Positions 63,209 through 64,000 of a stretch of 64,000 nucleotides of DNA are shown here, piece after piece; positions within the stretch are counted from its first letter, which is position 1, and the number at the start of each line of letters is the position of its first letter. Under the pieces are notes generated by a model. The model did no database searches and was not told the DNA's origin. It was given only the letters and a program-made list of their open reading frames with translations. The DNA is taken from contig NC_042997.1 of NCBI RefSeq assembly GCF_006345805.1, positions 176,080,001 to 176,144,000 on the forward strand. Reading direction: 5' to 3'. The position numbers and the translations under genes are program-made. Origin of the DNA: Octopus sinensis. Its lineage: Eukaryota.

Positions 63209-64000
63209 CATTTATCTGATTTGGCATGGTTTCTATGACTGGATGCCCTTCCTAATGCCAACTACTACTTTACAGGGTGTGCTGGGTGCTTCCCCCATTC
63301 CACTGGCACAGATGCTTTTACTTGGCACCTAAAATGGGTGCATTTTAATGGGAGAGAGAGTGGGGGCATGGCCATAAAGGACCTGCCTGTATGTATGGAT
63401 AGCTGTGATTTTACTTATCCTGACGTGTCTTCTCAAGTACAGCAAATTGCCAGCAGTCTCAATCCCTTGTCATCTGGTAAATTGAGTTGCAATAATTGGT
63501 TTGCATCTCTGTTGTTTGCTGTAATGCAAAGATTTTGTGTGGTCATTGTTATTCCGTTGAGATGTTCTGTGAGGAAATGGCTGATGATGTTTTGCATAAC
63601 TCGATGAAAGTACCTTTGTGAGCTGCTGGTAAAAGCTTGAATAAGAGACTTACACTACTTGCAATATGACAACCATCATCATCATCATTTAACGTCTACT
63701 TTCCATGCTAGCATGGGTTGGACGATTTGACTGAGGTCTGGCAAACCACATGGCTGCACCAGACTCCAATCTGATTTGGCAGAGTTTCTACACCTGGATG
63801 CCCTTCCTAACGCCAACCACTCCAAGAGTGTAGTGGGTGTTTTTATGTGCCACCGGCACGAGGGCCAGTCAGGCGGTACTGGCAATGGCCACGCTCAAAT
63901 GGTGCTTTTTATGTGCCACCTGCACAGGAGCTAGTCTATCGGCACGGAGGCCAGCTTGTTGCTCTGGCAATGATCTCACTTATATGGTACTCTTAGCGCT

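Noticed and set aside
63575-63625. Third hammerhead (CTGATGA...GAAA)
   Set aside because: No credible stem I or stem II pairing around the core words.

Overview
AT-rich, repeat-dense eukaryotic DNA. The SINE families and microsatellites look like octopus/coleoid cephalopod sequence (recognition, not a database match). Two host genes are supported, both on the + strand. (1) The last four coding exons of a choline transporter-like gene (SLC44A2/A4, CTL2-type) lie at 2487-12914. They splice in frame through canonical GT-AG sites. (2) The first coding exon of a gene that begins with a WW domain lies at 46342-46421. Its first intron seems to run past the window end. The ~33 kb between the genes and all introns are filled with mobile elements: four SINE-type families, CR1 LINEs (one copy keeps endonuclease and RT), RTE, Dong/R4 and Penelope remnants, Gypsy-type LTR pieces with tRNA-Trp primer sites, two hAT transposase remnants, a deleted mariner and several MITEs. 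The most interesting structures are: two Penelope-type minimal hammerhead ribozyme motifs, one with a 75-nt insert in stem/loop II; a ~770-bp fold-back palindrome just downstream of the SLC44 stop codon; a near-perfect 77-bp hairpin in the WW-gene intron; and two related solo LTRs inserted independently in one hAT ORF, one of which could be spliced out in frame like an introner. All coordinates and alignments were worked out by eye. Repeat boundaries are approximate unless a target-site duplication (TSD) is quoted.
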